Positions 1 to 8,676 of a DNA stretch of 64,000 nucleotides are shown here, one piece after another. The notes under the pieces were generated by a model. It worked only from the letters and a program-made list of their open reading frames with translations. It was not told the DNA's origin and ran no database searches. Made by a program: the position numbers and the translations under genes. The DNA is from an uncultured virus (IMG/VR IMGVR_UViG_3300037524_001600) (taxonomy: Duplodnaviria > Heunggongvirae > Uroviricota > Caudoviricetes): the IMG/VR virus record IMGVR_UViG_3300037524_001600. One strand, given 5' to 3'. Position 1 is the first letter of the stretch, and each line of letters opens with the position of its first letter.

Positions 1-112
1 TCCTCCGTATCTCCCCACGGGCGTCCCTGGGGACCGCGGCGGGGTCGTGACACACTCTGGGGTCGGCCAGCAGCGCGGCCAGCAGCAGGATCTCGGTCAA
101 GTCGCCCTCCGG

Positions 113-156
113 AAAAAAAAAAAAAAAAAGGACCCCTCCCCGCGAGGGGAGGAGGG
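113..156 (-). terminator. Intrinsic terminator (GC hairpin plus 16-nt T tract)
   Basis: Minus strand CCCCTCCTCCCCCTCGCGGGGAGGGGTCC followed by T16, directly after the stop of ORF 160..363. Confidence 0.8.
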
Positions 157-159
157 GTG

Positions 160-363
160 TCAGGCGGCCCTCGCGGGCTCATGATTGGCGCACTCAGCGG
201 TCCTCCACACGGGGTCGAACAGGAGCGGGTAGAAGAACCACCCTTTCCTGACCCCGTGCGGGTCGCCGGTCATGTCCGGGTCCGGTCTGGCGCACCTAAT
301 GTGGGAGTTCCCGGGGACCTCGCGCATGTGCGCGCACTCGTGGCACTCGGTTTTCAACTTCAT
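160..363 (-). CDS. Small Cys-rich hypothetical protein (MKLKTECHECAH...)
   Basis: ATG overlaps the upstream stop (ATGA); CxxC and further Cys/His; GGAGG upstream. Confidence 0.65.
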   Translation of the reverse strand: MKLKTECHECAHMREVPGNSHIRCARPDPDMTGDPHGVRKGWFFYPLLFDPVWRTAECANHEPARAA

Positions 364-719
364 TCGACCTCCGGTGTTTCGCCCCTCAGCTCTCTGAGCG
401 CCTCCTCCGGCCACATCGTGTTCGCGTCCCAGCCGGGGGTCTGGCCGCGCATCCGGTAGCACTCCTCGACTTGGCCATCGATCTCCAACTCCGGGACGGC
501 CCAGATGGACGCCAGGTACGTATAGCTCTCTTCCCTGGATAACGGCCTGCCGTCTGTCAAGATCAGCCCGCCGGTCCATTCCCAGTCGCCCCGCAGCCCG
601 GCGCGGGCGTCCCGGGCGCCGGTCTCTCTGATCCGGCGGGCGGCCCTCTGCCAGTCGAACACCATCGGCTCCCGGCCCCGGGCTCTCTCGGCCATCATCA
701 TCGCGAGCAGTGTATCCAT
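360..719 (-). CDS. Hypothetical phage protein (MDTLLAM...VFDWQRAA)
   Basis: GGAGG SD upstream; protein-like composition; translational coupling to the next gene. Confidence 0.7.
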   Translation of the reverse strand: MDTLLAMMMAERARGREPMVFDWQRAARRIRETGARDARAGLRGDWEWTGGLILTDGRPLSREESYTYLASIWAVPELEIDGQVEECYRMRGQTPGWDANTMWPEEALRELRGETPEVE

Positions 720-736
720 GCCTGTCCTCCTTACTG

Positions 737-928
737 TCATACGATCGTGTCGCCGGACGTCTCCAGCGTGTCCAGGCCCGGCACACAGCCTCTGGCCAGG
801 ATGGTCTCGAAGGGGACCACCTCGTGCCGCCGCAATACCAGCAGGCCGGACAGCGATCCGTTTAAAAACACGAATACAGCGTAATGGTTCTATTTGTTCT
901 CTCTCAGTTCCAAGCGTATCTTCAACAC
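737..928 (-). pseudogene. Small gene interrupted by an in-frame TAG at 890-892
   Basis: GGAGG-act-GTG start; reads VLKIRLELRENK*NHYAVFVFLNGSLSGLLVLRRHEVVPFETILARGC...DTIV*; fills the otherwise empty gap between neighbouring genes. Confidence 0.5.
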
Positions 929-968
929 AGTCCTCCGTCTGTTGATGGGTGTCGAGATGCGCCCCGGC

Positions 969-1391
969 TCACGGCGCCTTCCTTCCGAGGGCCTCCAGGA
1001 ACTCCCCGTAGCTGTCCCGGCTCCTGGCCTCTCCGCGCTCCACCTTGTCGCAGAACTTGTGCGCCGCGGCCTCCAGCCTCTCCAGGCGCCCCGACATCTC
1101 CGCGGACCCGAGTTCCGCCGCCCTCAGGCGGACCATCAGGTTGTTGAGCTGGGACTCCCCCACGGTGGCCAGGCCGTCCTGCAGCGCCACGATCTTCAGT
1201 CCATCGCGCCCGCTCACGAGCGCGCCGGTCCGGCCGGCCGCGTAGGCCGAGGCCACCATCCTCTCAAACTCCAGGAACATCCACTGCGCCGGGTGGCTGG
1301 CCGTCAGCCTGCCCTCCGACACATCGACGCCGCCGGCCCCCGGGTCGGTCCACCACGCGTCGAAGTCCGCGCCGTACTGCGTGTATCTCAT
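969..1391 (-). CDS. Hypothetical protein
   Basis: ORF track; start chosen at the ATGA overlap with the upstream gene. Confidence 0.6.
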   Translation of the reverse strand: MRYTQYGADFDAWWTDPGAGGVDVSEGRLTASHPAQWMFLEFERMVASAYAAGRTGALVSGRDGLKIVALQDGLATVGESQLNNLMVRLRAAELGSAEMSGRLERLEAAAHKFCDKVERGEARSRDSYGEFLEALGRKAP

Positions 1392-1570
1392 GATATAAAC
1401 TCCAGGTTCTCGCACTTGAAAACTATGTACCCGCCGCGGTCCGTGACGTGCCCCGCCACGGCGAAATCACGGCGGTCCACCAGCACCCAGCTGTTGCCCT
1501 CCAGGTCTACGTCCGCCCGGAAGCACTCCATCGGGGAGAACCACGCGGGCCCCGTGTACCTGACTGTCAT
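1388..1570 (-). CDS. Hypothetical protein
   Basis: ORF coupled to both neighbours by ATGA overlaps. Confidence 0.55.
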   Translation of the reverse strand: MTVRYTGPAWFSPMECFRADVDLEGNSWVLVDRRDFAVAGHVTDRGGYIVFKCENLEFIS

Positions 1571-1707
1571 CTCCCCGCCGCCCGCGCGCAGCGCTGCGTC
1601 GCCTCATAGTGGTTGGCCGCGATCTCCACGGCCCAAAAGACCACCAGCACCGACACCACGAGGGCGGCCCCGCACGTGAAACCTCCCCACCAGCTGCTCA
1701 TGCTCAT
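1567..1707 (-). CDS. Small membrane protein (46 aa, absent from ORF track)
   Basis: MSMSSWWGGFTCGAALVVSVLVVFWAVEIAA... contains a hydrophobic helix; GGAG upstream; stop overlaps the next ATG. Confidence 0.5.
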   Translation of the reverse strand: MSMSSWWGGFTCGAALVVSVLVVFWAVEIAANHYEATQRCARAAGR

Positions 1708-1708
1708 G

Positions 1709-1972
1709 TCAATCTCCCGTCGGATCTGTGGGGGGCCACTCCTGTGACCCCATTATTTCAGACGTCCTGTTGGACAGCCAGTTGCAGGCATAGTCGCGCC
1801 CGAATCCCAGTGTTCTGAACTCCTCGAACGCCGCCTGCAGGGCCAGGGCCTGCGCTAGTTTGGTCGCGGCCCTCAGCGCCCCCTCGCCGCCGAATCGCAC
1901 GTGCTGGTTCTCCCCGGGTATCTCCACCCGGTACTCGGTCCTGGTCACCATCCTGAGTGGGCTCGTCCTCAT
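1709..1972 (-). CDS. Hypothetical protein
   Basis: ORF track; coupled start. Confidence 0.55.
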   Translation of the reverse strand: MRTSPLRMVTRTEYRVEIPGENQHVRFGGEGALRAATKLAQALALQAAFEEFRTLGFGRDYACNWLSNRTSEIMGSQEWPPTDPTGD

Positions 1973-2259
1973 CTCCCCTTGAACCTCCGTCTTATCTCAC
2001 CGGCTATCCGCCGGGCGGTCCTGCTCCCCTCCGAGCCGTCGAACGAGTCGAAATCGTCGGCCACCCTGGCGCACTCCTCGGCCACCATTTTCTCTGACCA
2101 ATTGTGGTGGCCTCGCTCGGCAACAGCCTTGCAGATCGCAGCGCACGCCTCCGCGACTGCGCGACCGTAAGCAAGTGCGTATTGCTCTGCCGCTCTGCGT
2201 ACATCAGACGGCGCGTAGAGCAGTCCGTGGCTTGAGATTTCCGGCAACTTCGGCATCAT
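1969..2259 (-). CDS. Hypothetical protein (MMPKLPE family, paralog of 2256..2471)
   Basis: Shared MMPxLPE start and (V/A)EECAR motif. Confidence 0.6.
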   Translation of the reverse strand: MMPKLPEISSHGLLYAPSDVRRAAEQYALAYGRAVAEACAAICKAVAERGHHNWSEKMVAEECARVADDFDSFDGSEGSRTARRIAGEIRRRFKGR

Positions 2260-2471
2260 TTCTCAATCTCCTTGGCGGCTTCTGCAATGTTCTTTGCCAC
2301 TGCTCCGCAAGCGTGGCTCCACGTGCTATCAACTACCGAAGTTCTTTCGGCGATCCTCGCGCACTCCTCCACAACTTCGCGGGCGTACTCGATCATCTGC
2401 GTGCGCGTGTAGGCATCTTCTGTAATCATTTGAGGCGCGAACTGCGCTGGCTCTGGAAGATTCGGCATCAT
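2256..2471 (-). CDS. Hypothetical protein (MMPNLPE family)
   Basis: ATGA-coupled; YAREVVEECARIAE motif. Confidence 0.6.
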   Translation of the reverse strand: MMPNLPEPAQFAPQMITEDAYTRTQMIEYAREVVEECARIAERTSVVDSTWSHACGAVAKNIAEAAKEIEK

Positions 2472-2710
2472 GGTTTGATTTCCTTTACGCCCTTGCGGAT
2501 TGCTTCCGCAGTTGTGCTGCTGACAATAACCGTGTTGTCTGCCAACACAAGGCACACGTCGTTGACCCGAAAAAACGATAAGGCCCATTGCCCCATCTCT
2601 GCCCGCATCTCATCTGAGCAAGCAACTCGCCGCATCGGATCGAACGTGTACCGCCTTTGTCTTGTAACTTGGTCGTTGACAACAAGGCGAACGCCTCCAA
2701 GCGTCATCAT
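2468..2710 (-). CDS. Hypothetical protein
   Basis: ATGA-coupled ORF. Confidence 0.55.
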   Translation of the reverse strand: MMTLGGVRLVVNDQVTRQRRYTFDPMRRVACSDEMRAEMGQWALSFFRVNDVCLVLADNTVIVSSTTAEAIRKGVKEIKP

Positions 2711-2907
2711 GGTTTGTCCTCACCAACGTGAAAATCATGGTCGCCGCAATCACATTCTTGCTTGTATCCAGCGCAACAGTCCTCTCCGATTTGCCCGCAT
2801 GGAGCAAGATCATCGACTAAGCAAGCGCATTCGTTTGGTGAGTACAGGCCGTCGAACCCGTGCGCTGTCAAATACTGCTGAACGATCTTGATTACCGTTA
2901 TGCTCAT
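2707..2907 (-). CDS. Cys-rich hypothetical protein (GFDGLY...CAC...DDLAPC)
   Basis: ATGA-coupled; Cys cluster. Confidence 0.6.
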   Translation of the reverse strand: MSITVIKIVQQYLTAHGFDGLYSPNECACLVDDLAPCGQIGEDCCAGYKQECDCGDHDFHVGEDKP

Positions 2908-3110
2908 GGCTTGCCCCTGAGAAGTTCGTCGGCGCGGCGCATGATCCAGTTGACTCCCTCGCTTCGGCAATCAGCGTTCCTTGCGCGCTCAATCTCAACG
3001 CGTTCGTCCACCGCCTGCGAGACAGCGATGGCGCGGCGGATTTCGTTTGGGTGCATCTCGTCTAGGCTCGCGCCCATTCCATAGTTGTCGAACCGCTCAA
3101 GCAGCGTCAT
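2904..3110 (-). CDS. Hypothetical protein (MTLLERF family)
   Basis: Paralogous to the N-terminal half of 4552..5010. Confidence 0.6.
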   Translation of the reverse strand: MTLLERFDNYGMGASLDEMHPNEIRRAIAVSQAVDERVEIERARNADCRSEGVNWIMRRADELLRGKP

Positions 3111-3715
3111 AGCTTCTCCTTGCCGAGCGCGGCGTCGATTTCATTGCACAACTCGACAATGGCTGTGCCGCCCGAGACTTCATATGTCTGGTAGTCGGAG
3201 TATTTGGTTGTTTCCGGTCCGAGGTACAGTCTCGCTCTTTTAAGCAACTCCCGCAGCGCATCGCGCTCCGCAATCAACTCACGTTCTCGCTGTTCGGCGT
3301 CGCGTCTTGCGCTCTTGTCGTCGCACAATTCGCAGTAAAGGAACTCGCCTGTCTCTGCCGAGTTGATTGCAAGCGACGCCGGGTGCCCGCATGGCAGTGC
3401 CGATTCAGGACGGCCTAAGTCGGCCTTCGGCTCGTCCCATCCTCTTTCCAGCAGCGCATCGCGCTCAGCGCGCAAACCGGACACGATTTTGATCGCATCG
3501 TCTGCCGCCTTGCGGTCGCCATGCGTCTCGCGGTAACTGCCGTCGTCGCCGTGAATGATTGCCATCACATCGCGGCCAGCTTGTACTGCGGCGCGCAGCC
3601 GCTCGATCTCTGCAACGGCCTGCCGCACGTCGCCGTAACAAAGGCCATCTCTAATGATGATGGCATCGTTTTCTCGCGACTCGGCAAATGATCGTAGCGC
3701 GTCAGTTGCACTCAT
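3107..3715 (-). CDS. Coiled-coil hypothetical protein (IHGDDG module)
   Basis: Shares a ~45-aa block with 5007..5516; LRAERDAL repeats. Confidence 0.6.
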   Translation of the reverse strand: MSATDALRSFAESRENDAIIIRDGLCYGDVRQAVAEIERLRAAVQAGRDVMAIIHGDDGSYRETHGDRKAADDAIKIVSGLRAERDALLERGWDEPKADLGRPESALPCGHPASLAINSAETGEFLYCELCDDKSARRDAEQRERELIAERDALRELLKRARLYLGPETTKYSDYQTYEVSGGTAIVELCNEIDAALGKEKL

Positions 3716-4013
3716 ACGCTTTCCTCGCTGTGTCGATTGCTGCGTCAAGCCCCGTCCCTGAGCAGCCAATGGGCAGATGCAGCGTGAGCAGAGAAATTCT
3801 CATCCACCGATACCGCTCCGCATCTTCGCGCAGCGCATCTAGCTCGGTTCGCAGCCACTCTATTTCATCGAGCATCGCGTGCAGGAACCTGCTGCCGGCA
3901 AAGTTTGTCTCCACCACCGGCCAACGCACGCCTTCGCGGAATGCCTTGACGCAGCCGTTATCTGCGCGCTCGACACGGTATTTTCCTGATGCAAACTCAA
4001 AAACTTTGGTCAT
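3702..4013 (-). CDS. Hypothetical protein (EDAERYRW...AIDTARKA type)
   Basis: C-terminal motif typical of Ead/Ea22-like accessory phage proteins; coupled start. Confidence 0.6.
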   Translation of the reverse strand: MTKVFEFASGKYRVERADNGCVKAFREGVRWPVVETNFAGSRFLHAMLDEIEWLRTELDALREDAERYRWMRISLLTLHLPIGCSGTGLDAAIDTARKAYECN

Positions 4014-4555
4014 GCTTTCCTCGCTGCGTCGATTGCATCATCAAGCGATGACGCTTTGCTAGATGCGTTTATGGCAATTTGCATTCGCCTCACGAATGAG
4101 TTTGCATACATAGGCGAGTCGAAGCAAAGACGCACGTCGCCAGCGGTCTGTAGCGCTGCTGCGCCTATCAATCCTTCGGGCCAAAGTTTCTTTGTCAGCG
4201 CTCGCAGTGCATCCCGCTCGGCACGCAACCGCATCTGCTCATCAACGGCTCTGGCAACAGCGTTGCAGGACGCACTCCGGTAGTCATCGTGCATCTTCCG
4301 CGCTTTCTCCGCGGAGTCTGGAGTATTCGCCAGCGCAACAACTCCGCAGGCGACAACGCGCATTTTCTCCCGCTCAAGCTCCGCGCGCAGCCGCTCGATC
4401 TCGTCGAGCATATGCGCCATTTCGAGCAAGTTCGCGTTGTGTGCTTTCGCGGTCTCTGCGTCCAAGGCGCGCAGCCGCTCGATCTCGTACCACAGCTCTC
4501 CCGCCTCGTCCTCCGTCAGGGCGCCTCTTAGGCGCAAGCGCTGTACGTCGCTCAT
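4010..4555 (-). CDS. Coiled-coil hypothetical protein
   Basis: EIERLRA repeats; ATGA-coupled. Confidence 0.6.
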   Translation of the reverse strand: MSDVQRLRLRGALTEDEAGELWYEIERLRALDAETAKAHNANLLEMAHMLDEIERLRAELEREKMRVVACGVVALANTPDSAEKARKMHDDYRSASCNAVARAVDEQMRLRAERDALRALTKKLWPEGLIGAAALQTAGDVRLCFDSPMYANSFVRRMQIAINASSKASSLDDAIDAARKA

Positions 4556-5010
4556 GGCCTGTTCCCCAGCGTCGCCATGGCGTTGTCCGCGATCATCATC
4601 AGGAAATTCGCCGCATCGGCGCACTCGGCGATTACGGCCTCCGGGCTACTGGACGCATCGAGCTCGCGCAGCTCGTCGTCTATCCGCTCGCGCAGCCATC
4701 GAACGCTGCAGCGCGACCACCCGCCCTTGTCTTCGTTCGCCCGCAGCTCTTCCTCCATCCTGTCGGCAAACCAGCGCACGGAAGGTCTGATTTTCGTGCT
4801 GTTCGTCATCGCAGTTTTCCCCCGCAGCAGTTCTTCGGCACGGATAAGAATCGACTCAACGGCGATTGATTGAAGTCGCTTACCCATTCCGTCTTTCCAC
4901 TCATCCACCGCCTGCGCGATTGCGATGGCACGGCGGATTTCCTCTTCAGTAACCAAGCATTGCTCCCCAAAGTGCGGAGGCTCCTCCTCGAACCGCTCAA
5001 GCAGTGTCAT
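4552..5010 (-). CDS. Fusion of an MTLLERF module with a MazG-like/all-alpha NTP pyrophosphohydrolase-like domain
   Basis: C-terminal DDELREL...AECADAANFLMMIAD resembles the ExxE..ExxD all-alpha NTP-PPase motif. Confidence 0.45.
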   Translation of the reverse strand: MTLLERFEEEPPHFGEQCLVTEEEIRRAIAIAQAVDEWKDGMGKRLQSIAVESILIRAEELLRGKTAMTNSTKIRPSVRWFADRMEEELRANEDKGGWSRCSVRWLRERIDDELRELDASSSPEAVIAECADAANFLMMIADNAMATLGNRP

Positions 5011-5516
5011 GGCGCCTCCTTCAGCGCGGCGGTCGCCTTTTCAATAGCTAGCACGAGCTTTTGATAACGACCTGGTGCTGGCGCGACTCCAGCTGCTCTG
5101 TAGTCGGCGTATCTGTCGCAGATGCAGGTCAGCAACTCCCGCAGCCGGTCGCGCTCACCAGTAAGGTCTCCAGCGCGATTCGCATAATCGACACGTTGAT
5201 AATCAATACGCCCAATCTCAGCGCGCAGCTTTCCAACGACCTCGATCGCGTCGTCGGCCGCCTTCCGGTCTCCGTGCCGCTCCCTGTAGGCGCCGTCGTC
5301 GCAGTGGATGACCGCCATCAGGTCGCGGCCGGCCTGCGCGGCCTTCAGGAGCGCATCCCGCTCTGCCCTGAGAGCCTTTTCCTTTCTGTCGCATGCCATA
5401 ACTGCGTCTCTCCAGGCGGCAGTCTCCGAGCGCAACTTGGCTATCTCCTCGCAGTTGGGGTGCGACTCCCCGTCGAACGACACATCCGTCCCGCACCTGC
5501 CGCATCTCGCGCTCAT
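5007..5516 (-). CDS. Coiled-coil hypothetical protein (IHCDDG module)
   Basis: Paralog of 3107..3715. Confidence 0.6.
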   Translation of the reverse strand: MSARCGRCGTDVSFDGESHPNCEEIAKLRSETAAWRDAVMACDRKEKALRAERDALLKAAQAGRDLMAVIHCDDGAYRERHGDRKAADDAIEVVGKLRAEIGRIDYQRVDYANRAGDLTGERDRLRELLTCICDRYADYRAAGVAPAPGRYQKLVLAIEKATAALKEAP

Positions 5517-5734
5517 TCGACACCTCCGTCATCGCGCAGATCCCTGTCCAGGCGCACCACCTCCGAGCCCCTCTCGGCGTCCGCCGCCATCAGGTGTCTC
5601 ATCAGGCGCTCCGCCTCCCCCGCTGTTTTGTACGGCCACTCCACGCGCTGCCAGAGCAGCCACAGCGTCATCCAGCCCCTGAACTCCACGTAATATAGCC
5701 CCGCGGGCTCCGTTCTTACCACCCTGAACCTCAT
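5513..5734 (-). CDS. Hypothetical protein
   Basis: ORF track; coupled. Confidence 0.55.
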   Translation of the reverse strand: MRFRVVRTEPAGLYYVEFRGWMTLWLLWQRVEWPYKTAGEAERLMRHLMAADAERGSEVVRLDRDLRDDGGVE

Positions 5735-5737
5735 GCG

Positions 5738-6115
5738 TCACCCGCCGTATCCGAACAGCTCGCCCACCTGGGCCAGCGACGTGGCGCCCCTGCCGTGCCC
5801 GGCGCGCTCCCGGACCTGCCTCACCGTCAGCACCTCCCCGTACTCGCTGACCAGCGTCGTCTCCGGGTCGAGAGCGGAGTTCTCCGTGACCACGCACCCG
5901 ACGGCGGAGCCGCCCCAGTGCGTGCGCATAGGACAGTCGGAGTCGCAGGTCTGGTCCGCGAAGCCGAGCACCGTGTCCCTGGCGGCGACGGTCTGTACCG
6001 CCAGCGCCCCCAGCGGGCCCTCGGCGTTCCAAAGTTTTACCCAGGTGCGCTCGCCGTCGGTCTCGGTCTCTATCCTGGTGAACGGCGCCCTGAGGCGGTA
6101 GTAACTGGTGCTCAT
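5738..6115 (-). CDS. Hypothetical protein
   Basis: AGGAG SD; protein-like composition. Confidence 0.6.
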   Translation of the reverse strand: MSTSYYRLRAPFTRIETETDGERTWVKLWNAEGPLGALAVQTVAARDTVLGFADQTCDSDCPMRTHWGGSAVGCVVTENSALDPETTLVSEYGEVLTVRQVRERAGHGRGATSLAQVGELFGYGG

Positions 6116-6273
6116 CTCCTACTCCTCCAATTCTTGATACGAAGTAGCACATATCTGGGCCACGCGCGGAGCAGTGCGAACGCCCACCAGCGGGCACGCC
6201 GCGCCGGCGGCATCGCGTCGTAGTCCCAGTACCTCTTGCTCTCTCTGATGAACCAGCCGAACTCGCCAGGCAT
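6112..6273 (-). CDS. Small Trp/Arg-rich hypothetical protein
   Basis: GAGG SD before MPGEFGWF... Confidence 0.45.
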   Translation of the reverse strand: MPGEFGWFIRESKRYWDYDAMPPARRARWWAFALLRAWPRYVLLRIKNWRSRR

Positions 6274-6604
6274 CGCGGTCACCTCATCCAGTCGCGCACG
6301 CGGCACCCCGCCACGTACGCGTTGAATCTGGCCTCCGGGTAGCTGCGGTGGCCCGGGCCCCCGCCGGACCAGCGACTGGCAACCCAGCTCCACCAGCCCC
6401 AGGAAGACGCCGCCGACACCAGCTCCCACACCGCCCGCAGATCACTCATGGGTCCCTCCCCAGCGCGGCCCTGCTCTCCTCCGCCGAGATCGTCGCGTCG
6501 CTCATTCCGCCTCCCCGCCGCGCTCCCTGACTATCGCCCGCGCCCACGCGCCGAGGCGGTGGTTGTCTTTCAGGTCCGTCAGCTCCGCCGCCCTCAAGTA
6601 TGTA

Positions 6605-6820
6605 TCATCCATCGCCGTAGTCTCCCGCAAATTCGGAGGCCGCCCGCAGGATCGTTCGGATCACCTCCCTCTTGTCCGGCCTGGAATCGCCCGGGAAATC
6701 CCGGTCCACCCGCATGGCGACGGCCTCGGCGACCGCCAGCCCGTACCGGAGCAGCCAGGCCTTCAGCTCGGCCGGGTCCGCGGCCTCCATGCCGGGCGGC
6801 ATCCTGGGCAACTCTATCAT
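6605..6820 (-). CDS. Hypothetical protein (MIELPRMPP...)
   Basis: ATGA-coupled start; distant similarity to the 1969/2256 family (YGLAVAEAVA). Confidence 0.5.
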   Translation of the reverse strand: MIELPRMPPGMEAADPAELKAWLLRYGLAVAEAVAMRVDRDFPGDSRPDKREVIRTILRAASEFAGDYGDG

Positions 6821-7026
6821 CTCAGGCCCCGCTCTAGGTTCTGTCTGTATCGGGTTTTCTTTTTGGCCCTCACGTATTCTTCCAGCTTTCCTCCCCAGTG
6901 TCTGCGGACGAACTCCAGCTCCTTGTCCGACAGACCCATCCTGGATCGTCTCCACGCCGCCACGTGCGCGTCGTGTATCCCGCGCTTGATCCTCGCCGAC
7001 CTCGAGAGTGTGTCCAATGATCTCAT
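6817..7026 (-). CDS. Basic hypothetical protein
   Basis: Starts just after the T-tract terminator; coupled to the next gene. Confidence 0.45.
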   Translation of the reverse strand: MRSLDTLSRSARIKRGIHDAHVAAWRRSRMGLSDKELEFVRRHWGGKLEEYVRAKKKTRYRQNLERGLR

Positions 7027-7035
7027 GGTTTCCGG

Positions 7036-7070
7036 AAAAAAAAAAAAACGGGAGTCTAGGAGACCTCCCG
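7036..7070 (-). terminator. Intrinsic terminator (hairpin plus T13)
   Basis: Minus strand CGGGAGGTCTCCTAGACTCCCG followed by 13 T. Confidence 0.75.
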
Positions 7071-7400
7071 GATTGCTTTGTTCATGTCGGCCACGGGCCG
7101 CTTCGCCGCCGCGGTGGCGGCGCTCAGGAGCTCTTTGTCTTTTTCTTCCAGAAACATGACGGCGGCCATCATCACGATGTAGTCGGTGAGATCCAGGACG
7201 TGCCTGGAGAACGCCTCCCTGACGTCCGGCCTGGAATCCATAAGTCCGGCGATCGCCGAGACCTGGGCCAGGCACAGATACGCGGAGCCGTACAGAGACG
7301 CCTTGTCCCTGGCCGGCCTGCCCCATCTGGCCTCGATCGCGTCCAGCATCTCTTCCGTGGCCATCCTGGACTCTTTCGCCAGCCTGATCGGATCTGTCAT
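7056..7400 (-). CDS. Hypothetical protein
   Basis: AGGAGG SD; ATGA-coupled. Confidence 0.6.
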   Translation of the reverse strand: MTDPIRLAKESRMATEEMLDAIEARWGRPARDKASLYGSAYLCLAQVSAIAGLMDSRPDVREAFSRHVLDLTDYIVMMAAVMFLEEKDKELLSAATAAAKRPVADMNKAIREVS

Positions 7401-7642
7401 GCCGCCTCCTTTTCTCTGCTTTCCAGGCCCAATTCCTCCGCCGGGGGGATCCGCCGTATGCTTTTCTCGTCCGCGTACAGCACATGCCCGTCGTCGGTGT
7501 AGAACTGCGGCTCGTACGTCCAGCACGTGGGGTTGTCGAAGCGGGCCTCCAGACGGATTATTCTTCCGAGATACTTCACGTGCGCCGGCCCGGTGCTGAC
7601 GATGATGCAGAGGTCCCCGCGCTGCAGTGGTCGGTCGACCAT
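7397..7642 (-). CDS. Hypothetical protein (SH3-like beta content)
   Basis: GAGG SD; MVDRPLQRGDLCIIV... Confidence 0.55.
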   Translation of the reverse strand: MVDRPLQRGDLCIIVSTGPAHVKYLGRIIRLEARFDNPTCWTYEPQFYTDDGHVLYADEKSIRRIPPAEELGLESREKEAA

Positions 7643-7643
7643 G

Positions 7644-7910
7644 TCAGCACCTCTCCAGGGCGTCGAGTCTGTTCTTCTCGAGCTCTCGGAGCCAGTTGGC
7701 CAGATCCACGCCGCCACCGTCTCGCCTCTCGAACGCCCCGAAGTAGCACGTCTCGCCGTCCTCGAAGTAGCCGAGTATTTCGCCCCGCTCGACTCCCCTG
7801 TCCAGCATGCGCCTGACAGCCCCCTCCGCGGCGACCGGGGCCGGGTGGTATCCGGGCGGCAGGTGCACGAGTTTGCTGAGCGCGATCTCTCCGTAGAATC
7901 TGACTTCCAT
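7644..7910 (-). CDS. Hypothetical protein
   Basis: AGGAG SD before MEVRFYG. Confidence 0.55.
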   Translation of the reverse strand: MEVRFYGEIALSKLVHLPPGYHPAPVAAEGAVRRMLDRGVERGEILGYFEDGETCYFGAFERRDGGGVDLANWLRELEKNRLDALERC

Positions 7911-7951
7911 GGCTCTCTCCTGTGTGAGATTGGTGTCACTTCCTGCGCTTC

Positions 7952-8359
7952 TCACCGGCCTTGCCGGTCTTCCCCTTCTGCTGCTTCTCCTTCTCCCAGC
8001 GCTTCGCCATCTCTGGCTTCTGGCTGTGCATCCACCTGCGCTGCTTCTCGCTCCTGAACGGCATTCTCGTCCTCCCCGATCTCGGCCACCAGAATATCCT
8101 CCGCCTCACGCAGGGACAGCGTGAAGTACTCTCCGAAGCCGTACTTCATCGGTATCTCGACGCGCCCAGGGTCCCGTTTCCAGGTCCTGATCGCGCCGTT
8201 CACCCTGGCTTCGCCCACCCTTCCGCTCCTGAGCACCGCCAGCACGCGCTCCCCGGGGCCCAGGGCCATGATCTCCGCCGCGGTCAGGCGCCTGTACGGG
8301 CGCATCTCGGGTCTCTTCCTGCGGTCCGACTGCCGGGCCAGCATCAGTGTCTCAATCAT
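7952..8359 (-). CDS. Hypothetical protein (RVNGAIRTWKRDP...IPMKYG motif)
   Basis: Motif recurrent in small phage proteins; GGAG upstream. Confidence 0.6.
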   Translation of the reverse strand: MIETLMLARQSDRRKRPEMRPYRRLTAAEIMALGPGERVLAVLRSGRVGEARVNGAIRTWKRDPGRVEIPMKYGFGEYFTLSLREAEDILVAEIGEDENAVQEREAAQVDAQPEARDGEALGEGEAAEGEDRQGR

Positions 8360-8660
8360 CCGGAGTCTCCGCGTGCCTTGGGAGCAGCAGCAGTCCGCGC
8401 AGCTCCGGGTACCACCTGTCGATGTGCGCCGCGAAGTCCTCCGACACCGACACGATACGGTCGAACCTGTAGTCCGTATATTCCCCGCGCTCCCGAACGG
8501 GGCTCAGTCCTGAGACCACGGCGTCCGTCGGTCCCACGCGCCATCCTCGGGGGGAGCCGGTGAGAGCCCACTCCAAGCCGTCGAACTTCAGGTCGCCCAC
8601 CAGTCCCGTGCGGAGGCTCCCGTCAGAGACCACCGCTCCCGTCTTCACGCACTCGTTCAT
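8352..8660 (-). CDS. Hypothetical protein
   Basis: GAGG SD before MNECVK. Confidence 0.55.
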   Translation of the reverse strand: MNECVKTGAVVSDGSLRTGLVGDLKFDGLEWALTGSPRGWRVGPTDAVVSGLSPVRERGEYTDYRFDRIVSVSEDFAAHIDRWYPELRGLLLLPRHAETPDD

Positions 8661-8676
8661 AGCGGTCCTCTCTTCG

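Noticed and set aside
737..928. Genome-wide TAG reassignment
   Set aside because: Conserved genes (ligase, RNR, primase) end properly at TAG, long genes contain no internal TAG, and no suppressor tRNA is seen.
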